Sequence record: SRR22947725_1903
Length of the DNA stretch: 34,130 nucleotides
Strand: one strand, 5' to 3'
The notes under the pieces: generated by a model
What the model saw: only the letters and a program-made list of their open reading frames with translations
Database searches by the model: none
What the model was told of the DNA's origin: nothing
Made by a program: the position numbers and the translations under genes
Shown here: positions 9,551 to 20,500 of the stretch, one piece after another
How positions within the stretch are numbered: position 1 is the first letter of the stretch
Layout of the letters: every line of letters begins with the position of its first letter

Positions 9551-10720
9551 TTATTTCAATAATTCTTTAATATCAGCAACCCCGTTCGTTGGATTGGTAA
9601 ATTTATGAAGCGCATCTGGGTTAACTTCTAGTCCCAGTCCAGGACTGTCTGGCACTTGTATTATTCCATTTTCCATTTCTAATATAGGAAATGTAAGCTG
9701 CTCTCGCAACGCATTCTCTGTCTGATCAAATTCCAACAGAAAATCGGGGCTAAACATTCGTCCAGGAACAGACTCCAAGTTGGATATGAAATGCAGAGCT
9801 ACATGCAGGCCTATAGAACTACCCCAAGTATGGGGAACCACATCTACTCCATAGGTGGAGGCTAGCGAGGCGATGCGCTTGGCTTCTGTCAGTCCGCCAC
9901 AAGCACAAATATCGGGTTGGATAATGTCAACCGATTTGTTTCTAAGGAGTTGATGAAAGCCAAAACGCAAGTACTCACATTCACCTCCTGCAATTGGTAT
10001 GGTGGTTTTTTGCCGTAGTTCGGCATATTGCTCGTAGAATTCTGGAGAGACAGGCTCTTCAAACCAGGATATTTGGTAGGCTTCTAATTTTTTCGCCAAT
10101 TCAAGTGCCTCCATATAGGTGTAGGCATGGTTTGAATCAATCATAAGTTTGATATCGTCTCCAATGATGGAGCGTAAATGCTTCACATTAGAAACATCTC
10201 TGTCAATACCTAGACCCACTTTCATCTTGATGGCCTTAAACCCTTTTTCCAAATACCTTTTGGCCTCCTCCTCAAAATCTTTAGTCGGATTGTCTTTTTC
10301 TGTAAAATACATTCCAGTGGCATAAGGAACTACATAATTTCTGTGTACGCCCCCTAGCAATGCACCCACAGGCTGATTCAATAATTTTCCTTTAATGTCC
10401 CAAATGGCGATGTCTATAGCACTCATCGAGGCTACCAAAACACCACGGCGGGCAAAATCAAGTGTTTTGCGGTACATCTTGTTCCAAATCACTTCATTGT
10501 GTAAGGGATTTTGTCCAATCACCTGAGATTTTAAAAACTCAATTCCAGACTCCAAAATGAGAGCAGGACCATAGCCTTCTCCCCAACCGTAAGTACCATC
10601 AGAGCAGGAAATTTTAACAATACATATACAGCGCTCTGAATATTCCCATTGAGAAAAGAAAAAACTTTTTTCTAAAGTGTCTTTCAGTACAAAAGTTTCA
10701 ATGTTGGTGATTTTAGTCAT
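9551..10720 (-). CDS. dauB: Mandelate racemase/enolase superfamily, 3,6-anhydro-D-galactonate cycloisomerase-like
   Basis: SAIDIAIWDIKGK, KxK (KMKVG), metal ligands D(SN)..E(EP)..GE, QPD, PHTW. N-terminal F.FSQWEY resembles DauB rather than the agar L-AHGA cycloisomerase (recall). Confidence 0.8.
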   Translation of the reverse strand: MTKITNIETFVLKDTLEKSFFFSQWEYSERCICIVKISCSDGTYGWGEGYGPALILESGIEFLKSQVIGQNPLHNEVIWNKMYRKTLDFARRGVLVASMSAIDIAIWDIKGKLLNQPVGALLGGVHRNYVVPYATGMYFTEKDNPTKDFEEEAKRYLEKGFKAIKMKVGLGIDRDVSNVKHLRSIIGDDIKLMIDSNHAYTYMEALELAKKLEAYQISWFEEPVSPEFYEQYAELRQKTTIPIAGGECEYLRFGFHQLLRNKSVDIIQPDICACGGLTEAKRIASLASTYGVDVVPHTWGSSIGLHVALHFISNLESVPGRMFSPDFLLEFDQTENALREQLTFPILEMENGIIQVPDSPGLGLEVNPDALHKFTNPTNGVADIKELLK

Positions 10721-10746
10721 TAATTTTTAATTGTGTTTATCAAGTG

Positions 10747-10812
10747 CAAACTAAAAATTGTTTAGGTTGTTTATTCATTATTGTTTAGCATATATTGGTC
10801 ACTAATTATCTT
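10747..10812 (-). promoter_or_regulatory. dauB operon promoter: tandem activator boxes plus -7 box
   Basis: AAGATAA (10812-10806) and ATGCTAA (10791-10785) are 21 nt apart; TTAGTTTG at 10754-10747 (offset 41). Confidence 0.65.
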
Positions 10813-11118
10813 CTAACTTAAATAATCAACGATTTCCTCAGCTTCTTGTATGGATTGAATATATGCCACCACCTCGTCGTGTACTGGATATTTGGTGTAG
10901 GTCCAAAAAGTATCTTTGTTTTTAAAAGTAGAAACCAAACTGACATCAAAAAATGAAGCACCGTAGTCCCCCACATTGATTCCCGTTTCATAAGAGAGGA
11001 TTTCTGGAATGTGCGAAGGCAACTCGTCCAAGCGTCGCTTGACTTCTTGTGCGAGTTGAGCACGGTTCATGCCATTGGCATTTTCTTTCAATTTCCAAAG
11101 GACGTTATGCGTGTACAT
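10813..11118 (-). CDS. Dabb family (stress-responsive A/B barrel) protein
   Basis: 101 aa; M..HNVLWKLK, L..IPEI...E.G.N, FD..L.S.F......Y..YP.H, VDY: the typical Dabb pattern. Confidence 0.85.
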   Translation of the reverse strand: MYTHNVLWKLKENANGMNRAQLAQEVKRRLDELPSHIPEILSYETGINVGDYGASFFDVSLVSTFKNKDTFWTYTKYPVHDEVVAYIQSIQEAEEIVDYLS

Positions 11119-11131
11119 AATTCGTTACGTT

Positions 11132-11167
11132 AAAAAACTTCCCAAGTTAATTACTAAGGAAGTTTTT
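11132..11167 (-). terminator. Rho-independent terminator/hairpin between the T9SS CBM-like gene and the Dabb gene
   Basis: AAAAACTTCC (11133-11142) and GGAAGTTTTT (11158-11167) form a perfect 10-bp inverted repeat; on the minus strand the stem ends in T6. Confidence 0.7.
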
Positions 11168-11192
11168 GATTAATAGTTTTCTGTCAAAAAAA

Positions 11193-12005
11193 TTATTCTT
11201 TGATCAGTTTTTGTATAGCTACTTTTCCGTCTACAGCAGAAGCCTTTAGCATATAGATGCCTTTGGCTAGGTTTCCAACCTCTACTTGTCTGACATTATT
11301 TGACTGTGAGAGCACTTTGGAACCGGTAAGTGAAAATATCTCCACTCGCTCCAATGGCAATTCAGATTGAAACCTGATGACATCTTTCACGGGGTTGGGG
11401 TAAATATTGAATTGAAAATCGTTAACATCAGAAACCGAGGCTGTTGCAGGCACGACGGTTAAAGAAATATTATCGAAACTTAACCCTGCATTTCCCCAAT
11501 TTTTTGTAACTCTAAATGAATAATTTTGAGTTGCTGCAGCTGTGTAGGAAATGGTTAAATCGCTCCAGTCGCCCCCACTTGGCGTTACAGGACCAGCAAC
11601 GACAGCATTATTATTAACTGCATCAATTACTTCTAATTCATATGCCCCCGCTTGACCTGCAAGGTCAGGTTTTAATGAGATTTTATATTCGAATACGTCC
11701 CCGGCGGTCGCTGCAACAGCTCTTTGGATTACCGCGAAATTAGCTACCCCACCATGATTCATTTTTCCAAAGAAATCTGATGAAGCAGCCCCATTTCCAT
11801 CTTCATTAGCCATGGTGTAAGTAAAACCATCTCCCCAGCCTTGAAGGCCAAGGTTGTCGGCAGGTGAACCTGCTACACTTCCCGCCTTAAGAATATTGTC
11901 ACCAGCTGCCCAGCCGGCTTCAAAGGTTTCATTAATTAGGGTGTTTTGAGCATGTGTTTGAAAGCTTAAAATGAAAATAAATAATAGTGTAAATAAATGT
12001 TTCAT
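11193..12005 (-). CDS. Secreted protein: CBM-like beta-sandwich + T9SS type A sorting domain
   Basis: Signal peptide; about 165 aa jelly-roll-like domain (FE...QGW...GDW...SFDNISL); CTD IYPNPVKD...IFSLTG...LAKGIY.L......KLIKE. Confidence 0.85.
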   Translation of the reverse strand: MKHLFTLLFIFILSFQTHAQNTLINETFEAGWAAGDNILKAGSVAGSPADNLGLQGWGDGFTYTMANEDGNGAASSDFFGKMNHGGVANFAVIQRAVAATAGDVFEYKISLKPDLAGQAGAYELEVIDAVNNNAVVAGPVTPSGGDWSDLTISYTAAATQNYSFRVTKNWGNAGLSFDNISLTVVPATASVSDVNDFQFNIYPNPVKDVIRFQSELPLERVEIFSLTGSKVLSQSNNVRQVEVGNLAKGIYMLKASAVDGKVAIQKLIKE

Positions 12006-12016
12006 AATGTTTGAGT

Positions 12017-12538
12017 TTAAAGTTTAACGAGTTTATAATTGTCTATCGAGACTTCAGTTCCTTCTGCAAATCGAAATAATTGAAGTGTCACTTCAGATTT
12101 ATTTTGTGGTACAGTAAAATCCAAACTACGAGAAGCCCATGTACCATTATTAGGTTCTGCTATATTTTCCTTAGCTAGTTGTTGACTTTCGTCCCCTTTT
12201 CCACAAACTACACTCAATACATGTGTGCGCTTCCATGCAGGACCATTATTAACGGCTTTCGTTTCTAATGTCCAGCGGTAATGATCACCCGGAGTTACAT
12301 CTAATGATTTAATTAAAAAAACCTTTGCTTGAGTTGTAGAAGTAGCTACTTTATTGTCTTCTTCTTGCCCAACCATCCACACCGATTTATTCCAACCTTG
12401 AAATTGAAGAGTATTCCTTTTGGTAATTTCTGTACCTACTGTCTGGTCTTCAAAATCAAGTTCGTATACCAATTCTTGAGCAGTCCCAAAAAATGATAAA
12501 ACCATAATAACAAGGACCGAAAGCTGATAAAACTTCAT
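12017..12538 (-). CDS. Secreted single-domain CBM-like protein
   Basis: ATG at 12538 gives a signal peptide (MKFYQL...GTA); DFE...QGW...TPGD...GTW...SIDNYKL pattern of a galactose-binding-like fold. Confidence 0.75.
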   Translation of the reverse strand: MKFYQLSVLVIMVLSFFGTAQELVYELDFEDQTVGTEITKRNTLQFQGWNKSVWMVGQEEDNKVATSTTQAKVFLIKSLDVTPGDHYRWTLETKAVNNGPAWKRTHVLSVVCGKGDESQQLAKENIAEPNNGTWASRSLDFTVPQNKSEVTLQLFRFAEGTEVSIDNYKLVKL

Positions 12539-12566
12539 AAATACAAATGTTAAGTTGTTGATTATA

Positions 12567-12633
12567 CAAACCAACAACTAATATTGTATCCTCAGCTTGC
12601 AGCAATTATCATCTTAATATCATTTTTTAGCAT
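12567..12633 (-). promoter_or_regulatory. Promoter of the CBM-like gene pair: tandem activator boxes plus degenerate -7 box
   Basis: ATGCTAA (12633-12627) and ATGATAA (12612-12606) are 21 nt apart, with an intermediate ATGATAT; TTGGTTTG at 12574-12567 (offset 42). Confidence 0.6.
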
Positions 12634-12670
12634 ACTCAGTTCCTATACATTACCAAGATTAATAATTGCT

Positions 12671-12678
12671 TTACTTTG
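12671..12678 (+). promoter_or_regulatory. Candidate -7 box for the GH2 operon
   Basis: TTACTTTG 20 nt upstream of ATG 12699; upstream boxes are only degenerate (ATCTTAA 12611, ATACTCA 12632). Confidence 0.45.
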
Positions 12679-12695
12679 GCAGTAAAATTTAATAA

Positions 12696-15866
<3,171 letters not shown>

Positions 15867-15878
15867 ATTAACTGTATT

Positions 15879-17786
15879 ATGTACAAACAAATTAAATATC
15901 CAATTTTCGTATTGCTCTTAAGTTATTCTCTATGTGCTCAAAATCAATACTACTTGAGCAGCTCAACTGGAAATGACAGCAACGATGGTTCGCAAACACA
16001 GCCATGGAAAACATTATCTAAAATTAGCAATACCACGCTTGGTCCTGGCGATACAGTCTTTTTCAAAAAGGGAGATACGTTTCGTGGGCATTTTGTGGTT
16101 GATGGGTCAGGAACAGAACAGAGCCCAATCACTTTTACATCTTATGGAAACGGAAATCAGCCTATTATAAGCGGTTCGGACCATGATGATGGGGGTGGAG
16201 ATTATCGAGAAGCAATGCTTGTAACCAATCATGACAATATGGTTTTTGACAATTTAGAGATACAAAATCACAGAACAATATCGCGTTCTGGTGTAGGAGA
16301 TTTGATCAGTTTTGGAATAAGAATAGAAGTGTCTGATTCTAATGCAAACCTTAATAATTTTTCCTTTAGAAATATGACATTTAAAAACGTCTATGGTCTT
16401 TATTGGGTAGACCCAGCAAATCAAAATGCATTCAATGATTTTGAAGTATCAGGCCTGACATTTATTTCATCTTGGGGTGGGATTATCAATAATGTGATTG
16501 TTGAAGACTCTTACTTTACAGACTTGCAGCGAATTGGTGTTCATATTAAAAATACAATGGGTAAAACCTCTACTAAGAGAAATACAAATTTTGTGTTTAG
16601 AAACAATGAGTTTTTTCAAATTGGGGGTACTTGTGTGCTTCCAGTAAGAACTGAGAATTGCCTGATTGAGAATAATATTTTTAACCAACCAGGTGCCAAA
16701 ACCAACGACAAAATGATTGGTCGGGGTAGTGCTGTCTGGAATTGGTATAGCATCAACACCATTATTCAGTATAACCAAGCCATAAATGCCAAAGGGATTA
16801 TGGATTCCCATGGAATTCATGTTGACCATTCGAACGTGGACACCTTTATACAATACAATTACATGCAAGATTGCGAGGGTGGATTTGTTGAGATTCTTGG
16901 TGGAAACCAACGTGCTGTTTATCGCTTTAATATTAGCGTAAATGATGGATGGCGTGTACACCCCAATTGGGTTAACAGCGATCATACCATCTGGTTGAAT
17001 GATAAAATTGGAGGTGAAAGCGGACACCCTTCTATTGACAGCTATATATACAACAATACTGTTGTCATAAATAAAAGCGGAAATGATGCATTCGATACAG
17101 CAATTGATATCAATGGGCAAAACACCCGAATTTTTAATAATATTTTTTACGCTACCAATGGTTCTGGTATCGGTAATCAGCAAGGGAATTATGGCGACCC
17201 GAACTTAATGATGACCAACAACATGTTTTTTGGAAATATTAGAAATAATTTCAAAACCCTTGACTCAAATAGGTTGGAGGTTAATCCTGTTTTTTACAAT
17301 GAACAAATCGGTGACCAATATGGATTTCAAATCAATGGTTCTAGCCAAGCAATAGATGCAGGTGCAGCCTATACAGGGAATTATGCACATCCAGCCATTC
17401 CAGTGGGTGCATCTACCATTTTTACCAATGTGGAGGAATACCCGACAGTGGATTTCTTTGGCAATTCAATAACAGGAGATTTTACCCCAAATATAGGTGC
17501 TAGCAATGCGAAAAATGGAGAAATTACTCTTTCAAACAAATCCGATGCTTCATCCGATAAGGTTTACATTCAAAATCCTATGATGTCTGAAAAAGTAGTA
17601 CTTTTTGGTATAGATAAACCTTATCAATATGCTTTGGTTGATATATTGGGCCGAACAAAGCAACAAGGCTTTTTAGAAGCCAGTCAAAATGAAATTATTT
17701 TAGATCAGACTCTTAGCTCTGGTGTTTATCTTCTAAAGCTCGAGAACAAAGCCAATACGATTAAATCCAAAATTGTTGTGAATTAA
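15879..17786 (+). CDS. Right-handed parallel beta-helix protein with T9SS sorting domain (putative glycoside hydrolase, GH136-like)
   Basis: Signal peptide; YYLS...GNDSNDG....PWKT, PGD...FK.G; Asn-rich beta-helix repeats; D-x6-D..TFIQYNY..DCEGG; CTD ending LSSGVYLLK.......KIVVN. Confidence 0.8.
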   Translation: MYKQIKYPIFVLLLSYSLCAQNQYYLSSSTGNDSNDGSQTQPWKTLSKISNTTLGPGDTVFFKKGDTFRGHFVVDGSGTEQSPITFTSYGNGNQPIISGSDHDDGGGDYREAMLVTNHDNMVFDNLEIQNHRTISRSGVGDLISFGIRIEVSDSNANLNNFSFRNMTFKNVYGLYWVDPANQNAFNDFEVSGLTFISSWGGIINNVIVEDSYFTDLQRIGVHIKNTMGKTSTKRNTNFVFRNNEFFQIGGTCVLPVRTENCLIENNIFNQPGAKTNDKMIGRGSAVWNWYSINTIIQYNQAINAKGIMDSHGIHVDHSNVDTFIQYNYMQDCEGGFVEILGGNQRAVYRFNISVNDGWRVHPNWVNSDHTIWLNDKIGGESGHPSIDSYIYNNTVVINKSGNDAFDTAIDINGQNTRIFNNIFYATNGSGIGNQQGNYGDPNLMMTNNMFFGNIRNNFKTLDSNRLEVNPVFYNEQIGDQYGFQINGSSQAIDAGAAYTGNYAHPAIPVGASTIFTNVEEYPTVDFFGNSITGDFTPNIGASNAKNGEITLSNKSDASSDKVYIQNPMMSEKVVLFGIDKPYQYALVDILGRTKQQGFLEASQNEIILDQTLSSGVYLLKLENKANTIKSKIVVN

Positions 17787-17820
17787 TCGAATTTTAGCAC
17801 AAATCATTTAATGTCACGAT

Positions 17821-18765
17821 ATGGGTCTATGGAGAAGTTTTTTTGCCAACAAAAACACTGTAATTTCATTTCTCTTTATTTTTGTTACTTCATGTAATTC
17901 TCAAAACAATGGCCTCTCGGGTACTTCTGAAGATGATTTAAATGAAAACAATTCATCTACAAATCCTGTTTTAGCAAATTATGATCTAATTAGGCATGAT
18001 GATTTTGGATTTTTTGATGCAAGAAATTGGTCAAAGGGGCTTACTCATGGCGCCGATGAATCCATTCGAATGATTTGGAATAAAAGTACAGGGGGTGAGC
18101 ACCTGCTGAATGACAATTATGATGGATATCTTTTAGACGATAATGTCTATGTTAGTGACGGATTACTTTTTTTAGAAAACAGAAAAGAAACAATACAAGG
18201 AACAGACCCTGTAGGACAGTTTGACTATACTACAGGTTGGATAAACTCACTCCAAAAAATCAATTTTAATGGAACACAGAAAGGAGTGTACATTGAAATA
18301 CGAGCCCAATTCCCAAAGGGCGATAAAGTTTGGCCTGCCATTTGGTTAATTGATGATTCCACAAACAGAGGCTGGCCCCCTGAAATCGATATATGGGAAT
18401 ATTTTGGTCGCTTTTTTAATACCAATCGAACTGATGAAATGTTTATGCGTTACATATATGGACTTTGGAACGATAAAAAAGACCACAGTGTGCCCATTGA
18501 GAATTTTCAGGAAACTTATAGTGCATTCAATCAGTTTTACACCTATGGATTTCTTTGGACAAAAGATCGTATGAGTTGGTATATCGATGACCAGCTCGTA
18601 CATACAAAGACCAAAGGTGTGGAAGTTCCATCAGCTGACTGGCCAGACAAACCCATGTGTTTGGTTATAAACAACGGACTAATGCGAGTTGTTAGCGATG
18701 AAAACACTACTTTTCCCAATGCACTTGTATTGGACTACATAAAAATTTACGAGGATAATAATTAA
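17821..18765 (+). CDS. GH16 glycoside hydrolase, lipoprotein
   Basis: Lipobox FVTSC then a low-complexity linker; IEIRA.FP.G..VWPAIW, catalytic EIDIWE, TYG..WT..RM.WYID, LDYIKIY. Confidence 0.92.
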   Translation: MGLWRSFFANKNTVISFLFIFVTSCNSQNNGLSGTSEDDLNENNSSTNPVLANYDLIRHDDFGFFDARNWSKGLTHGADESIRMIWNKSTGGEHLLNDNYDGYLLDDNVYVSDGLLFLENRKETIQGTDPVGQFDYTTGWINSLQKINFNGTQKGVYIEIRAQFPKGDKVWPAIWLIDDSTNRGWPPEIDIWEYFGRFFNTNRTDEMFMRYIYGLWNDKKDHSVPIENFQETYSAFNQFYTYGFLWTKDRMSWYIDDQLVHTKTKGVEVPSADWPDKPMCLVINNGLMRVVSDENTTFPNALVLDYIKIYEDNN

Positions 18766-18781
18766 AAATTATTGCGCACTC

Positions 18782-20470
18782 CTACCAAAACAACGCATAC
18801 AGAAGCGCAGTAATCAGCAGCACTCCAAAAGCCCCTACATTAAACGTTTTGTTTGTAGCAAAGAGTTGTTTGCTCAGCACGATGCCTTTAGGGTCATCCT
18901 GATTGCCCTCAAGTTTACTGATGCCAGCAATTACCAGTATTGTACCGATACACGTCAGCATCATCTGGTGCATAAACGGAATATTCACAAACATCGCCGC
19001 ATCGCTCCAGCCGTTGGGTGCCACTTTAAAGTACATCGCTATCGGAATGGACAATATTACACCCCAAATGGCTGCGTTGTTGGTTGCCTTTTTATAGAAG
19101 AGCCCCATTAGGAACACGGCCAAAATCCCCGGGCTTACGACCCCTGTATATTCTTGGATAAATTGGAACACTTGTCCCAGACTTCCCAGCTGCGGTGCAA
19201 TCAGCATAGCGATGATAAGGGCAACTAGTCCTGTAAGGCGTCCTACTTTCACCATTTGCTTGTCGTTGGCATTTTTATTGAACATCGATTTGTAGATGTC
19301 CATGGTAAATATGGTGGATGTGGAGTTAATCATCGAAGCCAGTGAGGATACGATTGCTGCGGCTAGGGCAGCTAGGATAAGACCTTTGAGTCCCACTGGG
19401 ATAAAGTTTTTAATCAGCCAAGGCGCAGCGTTGTCATTGGCCACGTTACCAGCGGTTCCTAAAAAGCCCTCACTGCTTAGCATTCCCATGTTTAGGGTGC
19501 CTGTCTCTGGGTCTAGGTTCATCACATAGGCGATGATGCCTGGAAGTACCACAATCACAGGGATAATGAGCTTTAGAAAAGCTGCAAACACAATCCCTTT
19601 TTGTCCTTCTTTTAAGCTTTTAGCTGCCAGTGTTCTTTGAATGATGTATTGGTTAAAACCCCAGTAGTAAAGGTTGGCAACCCACATACCGCCTATGATA
19701 ACGGCCAATCCTGGCAAATCCCACCAAGCATCTCTTCCGTTGGGGGTGATGATTTCTCCTTTAGATAATATCATAGAAAAGCGTTCTGGTGCTTTTTCAT
19801 AGACATACCGAAGTCCATCAAAAACACTGCCCGAGTCTGTGACGTTGGCAAGGGCAAAGTAGGCCATGAGTAGACCACCAATGATAAGCAGTACCACTTG
19901 CACCACATCGGTCCAAGCCACAGCCGCCAGTCCGCCCCAAAGGGAATAAGCCGCTGCAAACAGACCGAGTCCAATGATGCTGTTAAGCAATATGCCACCA
20001 TCTCCTGCTCCAATAATGGTATCCAATGCTTTACCGCCTAAAAAGAGGACAGTTGTGAGGTTGACAAACACAAAGAGTGCAATCCAAAATACCGCCAGTA
20101 TGGTTTTTAGGTTGGTACTGTATCGTTTTTCGATAAACTCCGGTATGGTATAAAGTCCCTTTTCAATAAAAATCGGCAAAAAGTATTTTCCAACCACAAG
20201 TAGTGTGATGGCTGCCATCCACTCATAAGAGGCTATGGCCAATCCAAGTGCAAAACCCGATCCAGACATGCCGATAAACTGCTCGGCAGAGATGTTGGCA
20301 GCAATGAGCGAGGCCCCAATCGCCCACCAAGGCAGGGATTTACCTGCTAAAAAATAATCTTCCGCGCTTTTGGTCTCCCCCTTTTTTTGGCGAGACACAT
20401 AGAGCCCGATGGATAAAATAAGTACGGCATAAAGCGTAAATATGGTAATATCTATTGTTGAAAAATCCAT
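18782..20470 (-). CDS. Sodium/sugar (galactose) symporter, SSS family (vSGLT-like)
   Basis: YFLAGKSLPWWAIGASLIAANISAEQFIGMSGSG, YWGFNQYIIQR, AAIVSSLASM.NS.STIFTMDIY; about 14 transmembrane segments. Confidence 0.95.
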   Translation of the reverse strand: MDFSTIDITIFTLYAVLILSIGLYVSRQKKGETKSAEDYFLAGKSLPWWAIGASLIAANISAEQFIGMSGSGFALGLAIASYEWMAAITLLVVGKYFLPIFIEKGLYTIPEFIEKRYSTNLKTILAVFWIALFVFVNLTTVLFLGGKALDTIIGAGDGGILLNSIIGLGLFAAAYSLWGGLAAVAWTDVVQVVLLIIGGLLMAYFALANVTDSGSVFDGLRYVYEKAPERFSMILSKGEIITPNGRDAWWDLPGLAVIIGGMWVANLYYWGFNQYIIQRTLAAKSLKEGQKGIVFAAFLKLIIPVIVVLPGIIAYVMNLDPETGTLNMGMLSSEGFLGTAGNVANDNAAPWLIKNFIPVGLKGLILAALAAAIVSSLASMINSTSTIFTMDIYKSMFNKNANDKQMVKVGRLTGLVALIIAMLIAPQLGSLGQVFQFIQEYTGVVSPGILAVFLMGLFYKKATNNAAIWGVILSIPIAMYFKVAPNGWSDAAMFVNIPFMHQMMLTCIGTILVIAGISKLEGNQDDPKGIVLSKQLFATNKTFNVGAFGVLLITALLYALFW

Positions 20471-20500
20471 GTTGGTTTAATTTTGGTTTTATGAATATAG

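Noticed and set aside
8108-10720. Agar (3,6-anhydro-L-galactose) pathway interpretation
   Set aside because: No GH117/GH50/GH86 in the window; by recall the enzymes resemble D-specific DauA/DauB, and an S1_19-like sulfatase is present. Not fully excluded without phylogeny.
10758-10788. TTGTTTA repeated three times upstream of dauB
   Set aside because: Irregular spacing (9 and 14 nt) in AT-rich DNA, and not repeated like this in the other promoters.
12611-12678. Regulon boxes oriented toward GH2
   Set aside because: Only degenerate matches (ATCTTAA/ATACTCA, offset 43) that lack the conserved G; not counted among the eight.
16467-17183. 238-aa minus-strand ORF
   Set aside because: Antisense shadow of the Asn-rich beta-helix gene; Ile-rich as a codon artefact.
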